From Euprymna scolopes (taxonomy: Eukaryota), in the NCBI GenBank assembly GCA_053919585.1, contig JBSSHM010000096.1: a stretch of 64,000 bases of DNA. The stretch is one strand, 5' to 3'. The position numbers were made by a program, and so were the translations under genes. Shown here piece after piece: positions 26,644 to 39,989 of this stretch; position 1 is the first letter of the stretch, and each line of letters begins with the position of its first letter. The notes beneath the pieces are model-generated. The model made no database searches and was not told the origin of the DNA. It worked only from the letters and a program-made list of their open reading frames with translations.

Positions 26644-28345
26644 TTTTTTACACAGTGATCACCACTTATCAAGACACGGAAGCCACTCAGGGATAAGGGT
26701 TATTGCAAGTAAACTGCGTTAGTGTGGAGATTTGATGAAGTTTTTACTTAAGGGGCGGTTCATTAGGAATTTGTTAACGTTGGACTTGAGTCTGGTGGGA
26801 AGTAGGCAGACGGAACAGACTTCCACAGACGTGCAGTTCTAAGAAAGAAGCTTTGTTCATGGAATCCGCGTTTTGATTTAGGCACAGATATAGAGTGGGG
26901 GGAAATTTTCACAGTGGATTCAGCTCGACGGGTGTTTTTCGTGAAAGATTGGCGAGGAGGGACCAGAGATTGGAGTTCAGACGAGCACCTGCCATGGAAA
27001 TAACGATAAAACAAGGATAAGCTCGCAATGCCTCTTCCGTGGGAGAGAGGGGGTAGAGAAAAGGGGATCGCCCACTAAGCCACGAAGTCTATTTTGTACT
27101 CTGTCAAGGAAGGATTGGCTGTTTTTAGCAGCTCCTGCCCAGATATGGCAACAGTATTCAATCCTTGGACGTACTTGGCTTTTATATAGATAGAGAATTG
27201 CATCAGTAGTGAGATATCTTCTAGAGCGGTAGAAGGATCTCACAATGTTTCCAGCGACCTGGGCAACAGATTTATGTACGTGTTCCATTTCAGATCAGGA
27301 GTAAAGGTCAAACCCAGAAGCTTGTCAAAACACGGGGCCTCACCCAGACGAGAACCATCCATTTCAATTGATGCCAGATGGGGATGAGAGCATTGATGAT
27401 GTAAGGATAGGAGTTTGGTTTTAGATGTATTAAAGGTAATCAGCCACATCTTCCCCCACTCGAGATCAGAGGAGAGAGAATCAGAGAGAACTTTGTCATT
27501 TACAGCCTTTGACGTGTTGCCGTAGATAGTCGTGTCATCAGCATGGATGTCAACGAATGATTTACGTATGTGTTTAGGGAGGTCATTGATGTAGATCAGG
27601 AAGAGAGTTGGACCCAGTATTGACCCCTGAGGAACTCCAGCATTTATATTGCAGGCCTCCGATTTTTTTCCATCTACCACTACTCTGATGAGATTTTCGG
27701 AGAGAAATGATTTAATGATTGAGAAAACATTTCCAGTTATACCGTAGCTGGAAATCTTGTGAAGTAGACCCTTATGCCATACCTTGTCGAAGGCCTTTGA
27801 TATGTCAAGAGCAATTGCCCTAGAAAGGAAGCCTTTGTAAAGAGATTCACTAATCCTGTGGGATATAACTGTCAGCACATCTGCGGTAGATATTGCAGAG
27901 CGGAGACCATATTGTGTGTCACTAAGAAGGTTATTCCTGCTGAGGTGGTTGACTATTTCTCAATTTAATATGGATTCCAGCAACTTACTCATAACACACA
28001 GGAGACTTATTGGTCTGTATTGAGAGGGGGATGACTTATCACCTGAATTCTTAAATACAGGGCAAACTGATGAGGTCTTCCAGAGAGTCGGAAAGCACTT
28101 CTCCTTAAGGCAACGCTTACATAGTATCGTAAGTATGGGAGCAAGTTCTGGTTGAAGCTTTTTAACACTATAATTGCGATGTCATCAGGGCCAGTGACTT
28201 TACTGGAATCTAGGTTCTTGATTCTAGAATTAGCTGCAAAGTTCTTGGCAAATAGTTTGGCTTTGTCTGACGCTGACGAGATGACCTCTGGGCCATTGAT
28301 AATGGTTGGGATAGAACGCACACTTCTGTTCAGGATCCTATTTGT
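26644..28345 (-). mobile_element. CR1/L2-group LINE, 5'-truncated, RT pseudogene
   Basis: ORF 27240-27878 has LDISKAFDKVWH, AGVPQGSILGPTLFLIYINDL and HADDTT. Frameshifted flanking ORFs 28007-28321, 26977-27288 and 26763-27014. 3' UTR and A-tail at 26644-26705. Confidence 0.95.
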
Positions 28346-28439
28346 TATTTGTTTCTTACAACTTGTTAAGACCTGTGCTCCTATTACCTTCTATCTCCAT
28401 TGGGATCTGTCGATCACTGAGTTATATCAGTTAAGATAA

Positions 28440-29650
28440 AACAAAGTGATTGCAAGATCACATACATTTAATGAATTTATTGATTATGTCTTTGTTTTAA
28501 GACTTTTAAAATGATATGGTATAAACGTCTACTTCACAATAGTTTGCTACAGAATATGCGGAGATGCCATCTCAATTAAAAATCTATCTATTTCGATGGA
28601 GTTGTATAAATGACCGTCGATTTGCAGAAATAAACAGCTTATAGTATCAACACTAGCGTCTCTCATGGTTCTACAATGGATCCAACTTTCTTCCCAATCT
28701 TCATCAATGATATTCCAAAACAAAATCGTAAATCACTCGTATACTTATATGCAAGCGAAATTAAATCCATGACAACATTTTACAGACCAGCAATGCCCAA
28801 ATATATGTCCGATTCCCTCTCTTCGGATATTGAGCACGTTGTGGAATGGAGAATCATGTGGATGTGTAATTTTAATAAAGCTAAAACCAAGCTTGTATCG
28901 TTTAATTATATTCGCTCTAACAATCATCAAGCTCCAATAGAATGTATGATTGTCCTTTTGAGGAAACACTTTGTCTTAACAAACTTTTGAAGCTTGCTCT
29001 TTTGATTTGTAATTGAAAACATGCATCAAATCTGTTGTGATTGATTTCTGGTTAATAGTTGGATCAATCTTCCGGTGCAGATATGTCATTGCAACTGAAA
29101 ACGTCTATCTGCATAAGGCAAAATATGTGACAAAATAGAGTACTCTTGCGTATCTAAGTAGGAACTACTCAGCTCAACCTATCCTGCCTTCTGAGATTTC
29201 AAATCCTATTTCAAACCTATTCCATCCGCTGAACATTCTTTCCCACAAAGCAGCCGTTGCGAGCCTGTCTTTGTTGTTCGATTATTATTAAAAGACCTGT
29301 TTGAGCTCAACCTTATGGCCCCCTTGCTTGACTTTTCTCAATAAACAATCGACTAGCTACAACCACTCTCAACAATTATTCGAACTTCTATCTGCGCCGA
29401 AGTCTAAAACGAGATTCCATTAACAAAGTTTCCTTCATATAACTGCCTATCTGACTTCCCGTCCGACTACAAGTCGTATACTTAAAGTCCAATGCAAACA
29501 AGTATTTAATTAACCCCCCTCCATAATCAGATCATGCGCAATCAACAACATTAATAGTTACTACACTAATTCCTTATATTTATCCACCCTTATATCCAGG
29601 TGTCCTTCGGCCTTGGTAAGTGATAATTCCTTTCTACATAAAAAAAATAC
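28440..29650 (+). mobile_element. older, degenerate copy of the same LINE family
   Basis: MDPTFFPIFINDIPKQNRKSLVYLYA..LSSDIEHVVEW..FNKAKTKL is collinear with the 27 kb copy. Same 3' UTR motif at 29587-29620. Confidence 0.85.
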
Positions 29651-30319
29651 AAAACACTTAACTTCTAAATATATTTGTATTTTTGTTAAGGATATGTTTC
29701 CTCAAACTTTACCATCGTTTATAGAAACGCAACTGGGTGTTAATTCGTTGAGCATTAATGACATTCTACTCATCTCTTCATGCACTAATTTTATAGTAAG
29801 ATTAGACAATATTATTTATTTTTAACATCAGCATATCTGTAAGAATAGAAATGTACACGTACTTATGTGAATTAATTTGACAAATTTCTAGAAATAGCGA
29901 TAATAATTTTATTATGAGTATTATATTTCTAAGAACGTAATAGAGAATAATATTTGAGGTAATTTAACTTTGATAATTGAATGTTAAAAAAGAGGAAGAA
30001 TTGAACTCCCAATTTTGCTCATTATTAAAAGCATGTGTGCATATAAAAAAGTTTTGGACAAGTCAAAAATAATACGATGTCATAGATATGAAAATCACAA
30101 TACAAGTCGGAAAATGTAACCTGTATTTTAGGAACTTTGGTTAATATATAGAAATAATACATTTTTTTTTAAATTTCCATGAAATAAATCATGCAAATGT
30201 ATTGCAAGTATAATACTGAAATAGATCCGGAATTAATTTACTCTTACTAATACAATTTATTATTTTAATCACTATATACAGTATTCACATAATGTTATTG
30301 CACGATATTATAGAAGATA

Positions 30320-32590
30320 CAGTAGTGCCCAAAAGTTAAGGAACGATCGATCATTTTTTTTAACTAACTTTATCTATGAAAAAGAAAAAAAAATGGTGAA
30401 TGTTTCAATGTTTAATAATGGTAGTTACATACATTTTTCTTAAAGTTTTGATTTTAATACATATTAGGTTTTTTTTTAAATATAAATAAATTTAATTAAA
30501 TTACAGGCGTCCAAAAGTTAAGGAACTAGAGAAATTCATTATGAAAAAATAAAGAATCATTCCAGTATTTAGTGAAAAGCCCTTGTTTTCAATCACACTA
30601 TGGCATCCTTTGCTGCAAAACAGAACCAATCGTTCACATGTTATAGGTGAAATATTATTCCAGAGATGTTTTTAAACATCCGCATTAATCATCAAGATTT
30701 GGGAGGGGGTTCCTTGATCTTATCACCAATAATTTCCAAACATTTTCAATTGCATTCAGGTCTAGCCTCTGAGCTGGCCAATCCAAAACGCAAATATTGC
30801 ATTTATTTAGCTCTTCTAAAACTATTTTTGATTTATGTCACTTTGCGTTGTCTTGCATAAAGATATCAGAATTAGAAACATTAGGTCCCACATTTTCTCT
30901 TATCAAGTCTCTATACATTCGGGCATTAACTTTTCCATGAATTCTCACAAGGGGGCAAGTTACTTTTGAAGATACCATGCCCCATACCATTATACTGCCG
31001 CCTCAGAATTTTACTGTACTTTCAACGCACTTAGGGGCAGTCTTTCTCCATTTTTCCATGTGGCCTTTTGTCTGATCCGAAAGATTAAATTTAGATTCAT
31101 CAGTAAAATGAACCTTTTCCCATTTTTTCCTCCCAAAACAAATGTTTTTCGGCGAATAACAATCTGACCTATTTATTCTTAATAGAAATTAAAGGCTTTG
31201 ATGGACTTTTTGAAAATAATCCAACTTCGTTTAATCTTCGTGAGATCATTTGTCGGGAAATCTTGTGTCCAGTTTCGGATGTAAAATCCCGGGATATCGA
31301 AGCCGCAGTTTTAAAGCGATCAGAACGAGATGATCGAGTGATTTTTCTATCACCCCTTTTAGTTGTTATTCGGGGTCGGCCCGATTTTTTCTTTTCAGTT
31401 AATGGTACACCTTTTTTTCTATTTTCAGTAATCCGAAAAACAACGCTTTCAGACCTTTTCAATATTATATCAATCTCCCCTATGGACTTTTTTCACTATA
31501 ATGGTCACAAATAAGCTGTTTTTTCTTGTACAGATAGACTTTTTCGAATATTCGGAGTCGACATTTTGTTGTTGTTAATAAAATTGTTAAGGTTTGTATT
31601 AATTTTCTGCGTTTCTAAACTTTTGGACGCCTGTAGTTTAATTAAATTTATTTATATGTAAAAAACTAATATGTATTAAAAAAAAGTTTTATTTAACTAC
31701 CATTAGTAAACATTGGTAAATTCAGTCAATCTTTTTCCTTTTTTATAGATAAAGTTCGAAGCCATTCAAAAATACAAGTGGGAAGAAAAAATGAGGAAAG
31801 GTTCATTTTACTGATAAACCTACTTTAATCTTTTCGGATCAGAAAAATTCCACATGTCAGAAGAAAAAATGGAAAAAGACTGCCCCTAAGTGCGTTAAAA
31901 GTACAGTAAAATTTGGAGGCGGCAGTATAATGGTATGGGGCATGATATCTTCAAAAGTAACTTGCTCCCTTGTGAGAATTCATGGAAAAGTTAATGCCCG
32001 AATGTGCAGAGACTTGATATGAGAACATGTGGTACCTAATGTTTCTAATTGTGATATCTTTATGCAAGACAACGTACCGTACCATGAAGCAAAAATAGTC
32101 TCAGAAGAGCCAAATAAATCCAATATTTGCGTTATGGATGTGCCAGCTCAGAGATCAGACCTGAATGCAATTGAAAATGTTTGGAAAATTATTGGTGATA
32201 AGATAACAGAAAAAAAACCCCAAAAAATCTGGATTTATGGGAATGTTTAAAAACATCTCTGGAATAATATTTCACCTATAACATGTGAACGATTGGTTCT
32301 GTCTTGCAGCAAAAGATGCCATAGTGTGATTGAAAACAAGGGGCTTTTCACTAAATACTGAAATGATTCTTTATATTTTCATAATGAATTTCCCTCGTTC
32401 CTTAACTTTTGGACGCCTGTAATTTAATTAAATTTATTTATATGTAAAAAAAAAACTAATATGTATTAAAATCAAAAATTATTTTTTTTTCTTTAACCAC
32501 CATTATTAAAGATTGGAAATTTCTTTTTCATAGATAAAGTTAGAAGCCATTTAAAAAAATTGTTGATAGTTCCTTAACTTTTGGACGCTA

Positions 32591-32593
<3 letters not shown>
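30320..32593. mobile_element. Tc1-family IR/DR transposon, fused inverted (fold-back) dimer
   Basis: TA|CAGTAG...CTACTG|TA termini. ~210 bp TIRs with doubled CCAAAAGTTAAGGAAC. Decayed transposase on minus (ATG at 31564; KKSGRPRITTKRGDR; FTDESKFNL). Second 3' half on plus (QDNVPYH...DLNAIENVW...TKY*). Confidence 0.93.
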
Positions 32594-32665
<72 letters not shown>

Positions 32666-32841
32666 AAATGTGTATTTAGACAGCATATTTTCATTGAGAC
32701 ATGTAGTATTGAATAGCACAGTGTTTTTGTTTGATTATCTTTTTCTGTAGTTTTTTCCATTCAACGAATGGTATTTTTGACATTACAGTCGAACCGGTGT
32801 ATGAAAGTTCCGAGATCTATTTCATTATTATATGTTGTTCT

Positions 32842-32880
32842 TGCTAGTACTTTCGACATTTCATCTGTCGTCTTCAGGCA
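32842..32880 (-). ncRNA. minimal type I hammerhead ribozyme motif (PLE-type)
   Basis: Minus strand: UGC CUGAAGA c GACA-loop-UGUC GAAA GUAC UA GCA. Core present, 4 bp stem II, palindromic GUAC stem III, 3 bp stem I. Confidence 0.6.
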
Positions 32881-33074
32881 GTTTTGGATTTAGAATGTTG
32901 TTGTTGTTCGCTTCGTTTAATTTATAGGTGGAATCGGGTGAAGAAGCGAGTCATGTGTAAAAGGTGCGGTTTTGTGTACGTTTTTAATGATATTCAGATA
33001 AATGGATGAGCGTTATTTAAATTGTGATTTACAGGTTTTTATTTGAATTTAAATAATGATGCGATTCGTGTGTA

Positions 33075-33647
33075 AGAACTGAAAGTGTCTGTGGGTGTGT
33101 GTGTCAGTGTGCGTGTGTACATTTCCAGTCCAAAGTACTCTGACAATTTTAAGTCTACTTTCTTGAGATTTGACATAAGCAGTATAAAAATGGGTAACAT
33201 TTTTAATCATTTTCGGGCAGAAATTTGTTTGTCAAGGTGTCAAAGTTTAACGATTTTACATTTGAAAATTCTACCAAATTGCTCTGCTAATTTTTGGCCT
33301 AAATATTTGAAATTTTATACGTAGGTTACTTGGAATGAGATCAAACTACTTAATGTGATTTGAGCCCCAAAAAATAAATGTTAAGGAGTCAAAGTTTTAA
33401 AAAATTTGACAACTGCCAAGAGATCCAAGTTTGAAGGATTTTAATTTTTTGGTATTTAGCTTTCAATTTAGCCAACTTTGGGTCTGAATATTTGGAATTT
33501 TTCATACTGAGTATACAGACATCAAACAAGCTTATTAACAGTTTTTGTGCGAATTTTTTTCTTGCCAAGCGGTCAAATTTTAAAGAGTTGACCTTTGAAG
33601 ACTCTACCAAACTCCTTCCAAGATTTTGGGTCTAAACACTTGACATT
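33075..33647 (+). mobile_element. Helitron family A copy (long variant; 3' end probably in gap)
   Basis: CTGAAAGTGTCTGTGGGTGTGTG...TACTCTGACAATTTTAAGTCTAC... is collinear with 7018-7560. Confidence 0.8.
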
Positions 33648-34139
33648 NNNNNNNNNNNNNNNNNNNNNNNNNNNNNNNNNNNNNNNNNNNNNNNNNNNNN
33701 NNNNNNNNNNNNNNNNNNNNNNNNNNNNNNNNNNNNNNNNNNNNNNNNNNNNNNNNNNNNNNNNNNNNNNNNNNNNNNNNNNNNNNNNNNNNNNNNNNNN
33801 GTTTTGNNNNNNNNNNNNNNNNNNNNNNNNNNNNNNNNNNNNNNNNNNNNNNNNNNNNNNNNNNNNNNNNNNNNNNNNNNNNNNNNNNNNNNNNNNNNNN
33901 NNNNNNNNNNNNNNNNNNNNNNNNNNNNNNNNNNNNNNNNNNNNNNNNNNNNNNNNNNNNNNNNNNNNNNNNNNNNNNNNNNNNNNNNNNNNNNNNNNNN
34001 GTGAGAGATAGATAGAAAGATATATCAATATACATATCTATTTTTCGTATAAATACGATAACTTTTGTAATGAAGCGAATAGTGGTTTTATCATAATAAA
34101 TTTACAACCAGGAACTTATTATATACTCTGTTGGTATCT

Positions 34140-34535
34140 CGGAAAAAATAATAAACGGTAGAATATACTGGGAGATTCTTGAGAAGGTTCTTTTAGAAAC
34201 TTGCAATTTTTTAATACATGGTAGAAGGTTCGTGCTTGAAGACGACAATAATTCTAAACATATCGTGAAATTTACAAGAAATTTGTTTCAAAATAATGGT
34301 GTTAATACTTTTAATTATCAAAGTTAGTCTTATGCTTCAATTGGGCTTTTTAGCATTTCTAGAGTACTTTGTAATTAGAGTTCTTTTGAAGAATCCACAA
34401 AATATCAAGCAAATATAAGAGTTTGCAAAATAATAGGGTTATATTACTGCGGACCATTGTGAATAATTTGTGGCTTACTGAAGAAAGTGGCTGGAAGCCT
34501 TGAAACAAAATTAAAGAGAGATTACAGAATAAAAT
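34140..34535 (+). mobile_element. very degenerate Tc1 transposase 3' fragment
   Basis: INGRIYWEILE...FVLEDDNNSKHIVK resembles the Tc1 QQDNDPKH motif. Confidence 0.5.
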
Positions 34536-37500
34536 AGTAAATTAGTATGAAATATATTTGCAAATGGTTGTTTTACACTTTGATAAAAATAGACCGACAG
34601 TGCGTTTTAATGTTTTATTTCATACAAAACCAAGATCGCTTTACAAGATACCTGTTCTGAAATATCGGAAAAATCACGAAAATTAAAAAGAATAATCGCT
34701 AAAGTAACATATATCTAATACTTATGCATATTACGATGTATGATAAGTTTATTTATCCGAACATTTGTGGAAATATGCATCCGTCATAGCTTTGATAAAC
34801 CGGATATATTAGGGTCAGGAAAAGAGGCAAAAAGTGTTTCTGAGATCAGAGAGACAACAATCAGACACGCATATATTGTTTTTCTTTAACTAACATAAAC
34901 TGTCATTACTTTATATAATATATCATGCATCAATGTCATTTATTTACTTCAACAGTGCTCAATACGTGGGAAGATTCAAAGTTAACAAGACATGGCAGTT
35001 GAGTTTTTAAGACTTTTCAGAGATTTATCTACCTAGGATATCAAGGGAGAATGCGAACATTCTAACCTAATGATTTCCGAGGATAAAACGCGAAATATTC
35101 TGTGCAGTTTCATTGGAATATATTTTCATAACGTGCCATATATATTTATGTATATGTATATTTTTCATCACAAGGTTAGTTCATAAATATACATCTTTAA
35201 TGTCTTTCATTTTTGTATATATGCTTACGTTATTCGTTTATAGTTCTCATGTGTCATTAACTTGATATTATTAGCCATTATATTATTATTGACTTTTTAA
35301 TGCCCTTTTTTCTCCGAAATCTCGTGACGTTAAAACTTCTTAAGCTTTCTCCTTACTTTGATCGTCAAGTTATTTCATCTGATTCTAAATATTCTCTTCT
35401 GAGATTCGTATTTTTTGTGTCGCCGATGATTATTTCTGCTCCGAGCCTTGTCAATAAAATAAACAAATCCTAAAATCACCCATAATATGATTATCTCTCC
35501 GTTAAAAGGAAGTGACAGTCTCATCTTATCAGTCATATTTATATTATATTTTTTTTAGTTATGTGTTTTTTTTTATTCCTCATAAATCCTTTTACTAATG
35601 ATATATTTTTCGATATCACCCCAACTTGATACTTTGTTCTGTCTTGTCAAGTGGCTTATGCTTTTTAGTTTATGGAATAGTGTTCCTCTCTATACAAAAT
35701 ATTTAGGGCGACTAGACTATAAACCATATATTATAAAATAATATATTTCACAGCTTATTTTTGTTAGATTCATTCTTCCCTTTGTCTACTTATAACTGGT
35801 ATTCATCATCAGCAGCAACAGCAGAAGAAGAAACACCTCGTTCTTATTAATTCTTCACAAACTTTATTGCGTTTTTCTTCAGTTCATATCTTATAAATTA
35901 ACACTTCAACGTGACACATCAACTTTGCGATGAAGTATCATAACCATCTTTAAAGAACAATGACTACACTGGAAATATATACCCGTCACTGGGTAACAGT
36001 TACGGAGAATTTAAGACAGACAGAATTAACGCCAGTGACCGCCTCCGTCCAAATGTGACAGACACGTCTGAAAAGAGTATTAATTACGAGGGCAGTAGCC
36101 GCTGCTGGGCTGCAGGACTGTTTCATCATGGTTTTATGCAAAACACTAACCGTGCTATATTTAAGTTCTGTTATTCAAGCATAATGTGACGTTATACTAT
36201 ATTGTTCATGTAGTAAAATGTTAGTTGATATTACAGAATAATTAAAAAAAAATCCCCACCACCTATTTTAAGAATATGTCTGTACATAATTCCGTTTCGA
36301 TTTTAGTATGGTCCGTATTCTACATTACAATCCATTTGCTAATTTATAAGTGCATGAATATAGCACTCACTTAAATAACAGTATGACCAAAATAGGATGC
36401 TTATTTTTAAAACTTGGAAATGTCGTTAGAAAAAGACTGCATGTCTTCGACTACCGCTACTTTCATAAAGTAATCACGATCAAAACCGCTAATTATCAAT
36501 ATTGCACGCCACTAGATGACATCACCGGCCAATGTATGATAGTGCACAACAATTGAAAACAGGCGATATGAAAAAAGAGCTCATCTACAGTTACCGCCAA
36601 CTATAAGACAGACTGTCAGTTACTAAAAGTGCCGCTACTTGATAACATAATCCGGCAATAGGGGATAGTGCACGATAATAATAAAAATAGGCGATTTCAA
36701 ATCAGGGCGATGCAATAGGAGGGTACACTAGTCACTATAGATATTGACTGATATTGACTGCTATTTTCAGATAAAGCCAAGTAAATGTAATAAATGCCGC
36801 ATAACTTTAATGAACAATAGTGCTCGTCATTAAAACATGCACTTTTATTTTGCTAGAGTTCAGTTGAGGCCGATAGTGGTCATAACAGAGAGAAAGCGAC
36901 AAAGACAGTTGTAAAGGCAGCAATTGCCTATTACTAAACGCTAGTAACAACCTCAAAACAACACTAGCCGACAAGTCCGTCAGTGACTGCTAGTTGCAAA
37001 TAGAACCAATGCGCACTAATAAACGCCAGTACACAAAAGAAATCGCTCAAGATCAGCAATAATTTCTAGTAACTACAAGTGCTTAAATGATTTTCATTAC
37101 TAAAAACCATATAATTTCATTTTAGTCACGACCGCAAGTTTCCACTATCTTCCAGAGCTGACTTAATGTGCTTTAAAAAATGAGTCGTATTACTGAATCT
37201 GTTCTAGCTTTGTGTCATACGTCTAGCGGGCAACGCATGTACACACATTATACTGATTGTTCATAGCTCGCACTCACGACTGTTTCTTCACCATTATTCC
37301 CCAAATATTCTATCATTTCCTTCGTCTGATTCATTATCCATTTTAATTTTACTATTACTTTATGTTATTGAAAATCCTTACTATTCTGCATAGTTATAGA
37401 TTTTGCACTATCACAATAAATTGAATCAACATGTTCATGGAATATTGATCGCTCTACTCACCCAAAATATTTAGATGGACTATGTTGGACTGTGTGACCT

Positions 37501-37877
37501 TCCGGAAATTTCTATCTGAAGATTTTATACGAATTGACATTTCGAGACATCGTATCCCGCAATCTACATCCCTGAATAAATCATATATCTGTCATCTTTC
37601 GCCCATTTAATTTCATAAATTTTATCATATAATTGAACTTATAACTTCATATATATGAATTATTCTCTGGTAGATATTNNNNNNNNNNNNNNNNNNNNNN
37701 NNNNNNNNNNNNNNNNNNNNNNNNNNNNNNNNNNNNNNNNNNNNNNNNNNNNNNNNNNNNNNNNNNNNNNNNNNNNNNNNNNNNNNNNNNNNNNNNNNNN
37801 NNNNNNNNNNNNNNNNNNNNNNNNNNNNNNNNNNNNNNNNNNNNNNNNNNNNNNNNNNNNNNNNNNNNNNNNNNNNN

Positions 37878-38364
37878 CGCCCGGCGTTGCCCTGATGTTT
37901 GGGTGCGTATGTTGAGCAAGAACAAAGTGGTAGTAGGAAGGCAGGCTCGAACCCCTACCTGAAAGGAGGAAAAGAACGGGGTAAAAGCTAACGGTTATGA
38001 GTATTTGGAAGAGACCGCAGAGGTCAATTTTTTTAAAACTTTGACTCCTATTATGGCCCCTTAAAATTTATTGTTTTGGGCTCAAATAAAGTTATTAAGT
38101 TAGATCCATGTCCAAGAAACCTATATCTAAAATTATGAATGCGTAGACCTAAAATTCTCGGAGGAGTTTGGTAGAGTTCTCAAAGGTAAAATCGTTGCAT
38201 TTTAACCCCTTAATCGCCAAATTTCTGGTCAAACACCGATCGCATCGATTTTCCCAAATCTCAGTGACCATATATCAAATTTCGAGTATGTAGAGTAAAA
38301 ATTGAGAGAGTTATTGTGTAGCGAAATGTACACAGAAACACACACACAGACACCTTCACTTTTA
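37878..38364 (-). mobile_element. Helitron family A copy
   Basis: Reverse complement of unit 19716-20614 with an internal deletion. CCCGGCGTTGCCC hairpin lies next to the gap. Confidence 0.85.
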
Positions 38365-38455
38365 AGTTATCTCTTACTTTTAGCTTAAATTTACTGGCAT
38401 ATGAACGATAACTTAATTATATAAACGCAGTATAATTCGGAATACTACAAATTAG

Positions 38456-38495
<40 letters not shown>

Positions 38496-38522
38496 GTAAC
38501 CACTTTAGTAACCAACGCAGTA

Positions 38523-38588
<66 letters not shown>

Positions 38589-38589
<1 letters not shown>

Positions 38590-39933
38590 TAGCAATCGGT
38601 GCCCGGCGTTGCCCAGGTGTTTTGAGGTTAATGCTGAGAAAAAAAAAAGGTCAATTTTTTAAAACTTTGACCCCTATTATGACATCTTAACATTTATTGT
38701 TTAGGGATCAAGTAAAGTTAATAAGTTAGATCCATGTCCAATGAATCTATATCTAAAATATCACGTGTTTACTGTTTAGACCCAAAATTGTAGGAGTTTG
38801 GTAGAGTTCTCAAAGGTCAAATCGTTGAATATTGACCACTTAATCGCCAAATTTCTTAACCAAACAGAAAGTTCAAGTAGGGGGAGTTCCCTTTTTTTTA
38901 TAGCGAGGCCAAATTTCGCGAATTTGGCCTTTTTTTAAAGCAGTTTGGCCTTCAAAATTTCTGTTTGGCCTTTTTCTTCACCGATGAAATCTGGAGACGC
39001 AACGGGAATTTTCGGCAAAAAAATGTTGTTACTATGCACATCTATGTAATGAAATACACTTTGTGGCAAAATTTCAGGAAAAACTAATGGATGGTTATCT
39101 CGCAATAGTCCGGAAAATTCGCTAAATTATCTCGTCAAGACCTTAATTCTCGAATTTTTGTGCATTTTTGGGGGGGGGGCTAATTTGGCATAATAGTGTC
39201 CATTTAATAGTATTATCTTGAAAAAATAAAAAAATAAGGAAAATTACCAAAAAAAACAAACAAGAACAACAAAAGTGTGCCGTATTTTTAAAAGTTTTAT
39301 GGCGTTGTTTTTATTTGCTTTTTTTGTTTCCTCGGTGAAGAAAATGGCCAAACAGAAATTTTTAAGGCCAAACTGCTTAAAAAAAAAGGCCAAATTCGCG
39401 AAATTTGGCCTCGCTATAAAAAAGGGAAATCCCCCTACTTGAACTTTCTGTTTAATTTCGCTTGTAGCGTTGATTTTTTTCTTTTTTCGCTATAAAAAAA
39501 TAACTACTTGATGAAATTACGTGATTTTTTCTGTAGGAAAACTTTATCCCATGACGAGTACGTACAACATATTTTTTTAAAAAATATTTCCATTTTTTAA
39601 TGTCAATGGAAAACTGCACAAGTACCCAAACCCGAAATGTAAAGACCACGAGTGAACGCGCGTTTTTTTTTTTTTAGTTTAGTTTCATAATGGCGGCCGT
39701 GATGTCGGAGATTCGATTGTTAGATTGTAAGTTAGTTTCGTATTTTTGTAATTTGTAAATCGCAAGTTAGGAAAAAATTAAACCCTTCACAGATGGACAA
39801 TAAATAAAGGCATACTATTTTATGGTAAAGTTAAGAGCCTACGAACCATAGTTTGTTAGGAGATGTGATTATTGGATTAACCAATCAGAAATCGTCTGTG
39901 GCACACACATCTCTGTTTTTATAGATATATAGA
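38589..39933 (-). mobile_element. chimeric Helitron (family A 3' part, MITE, different 5' part)
   Basis: A|CTAG...CCCGGCGTTGCCCAGG at 38589. Family A body runs to 38860. A Helitron-type 5' end TCTATATATCTATAAAAACAGAGATGTGTG lies on minus at 39933. Confidence 0.65.
38865..39450. mobile_element. MITE with ~120 bp TIRs (CAG...CTG, hAT-like ends)
   Basis: 38865-38984 is nearly the exact reverse complement of 39332-39450. Repeated TTTGGCC motifs. No TSD recognisable. Confidence 0.9.
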
Positions 39934-39954
39934 AGATATATATGTATATATATA

Positions 39955-39988
<34 letters not shown>

Positions 39989-39989
39989 T

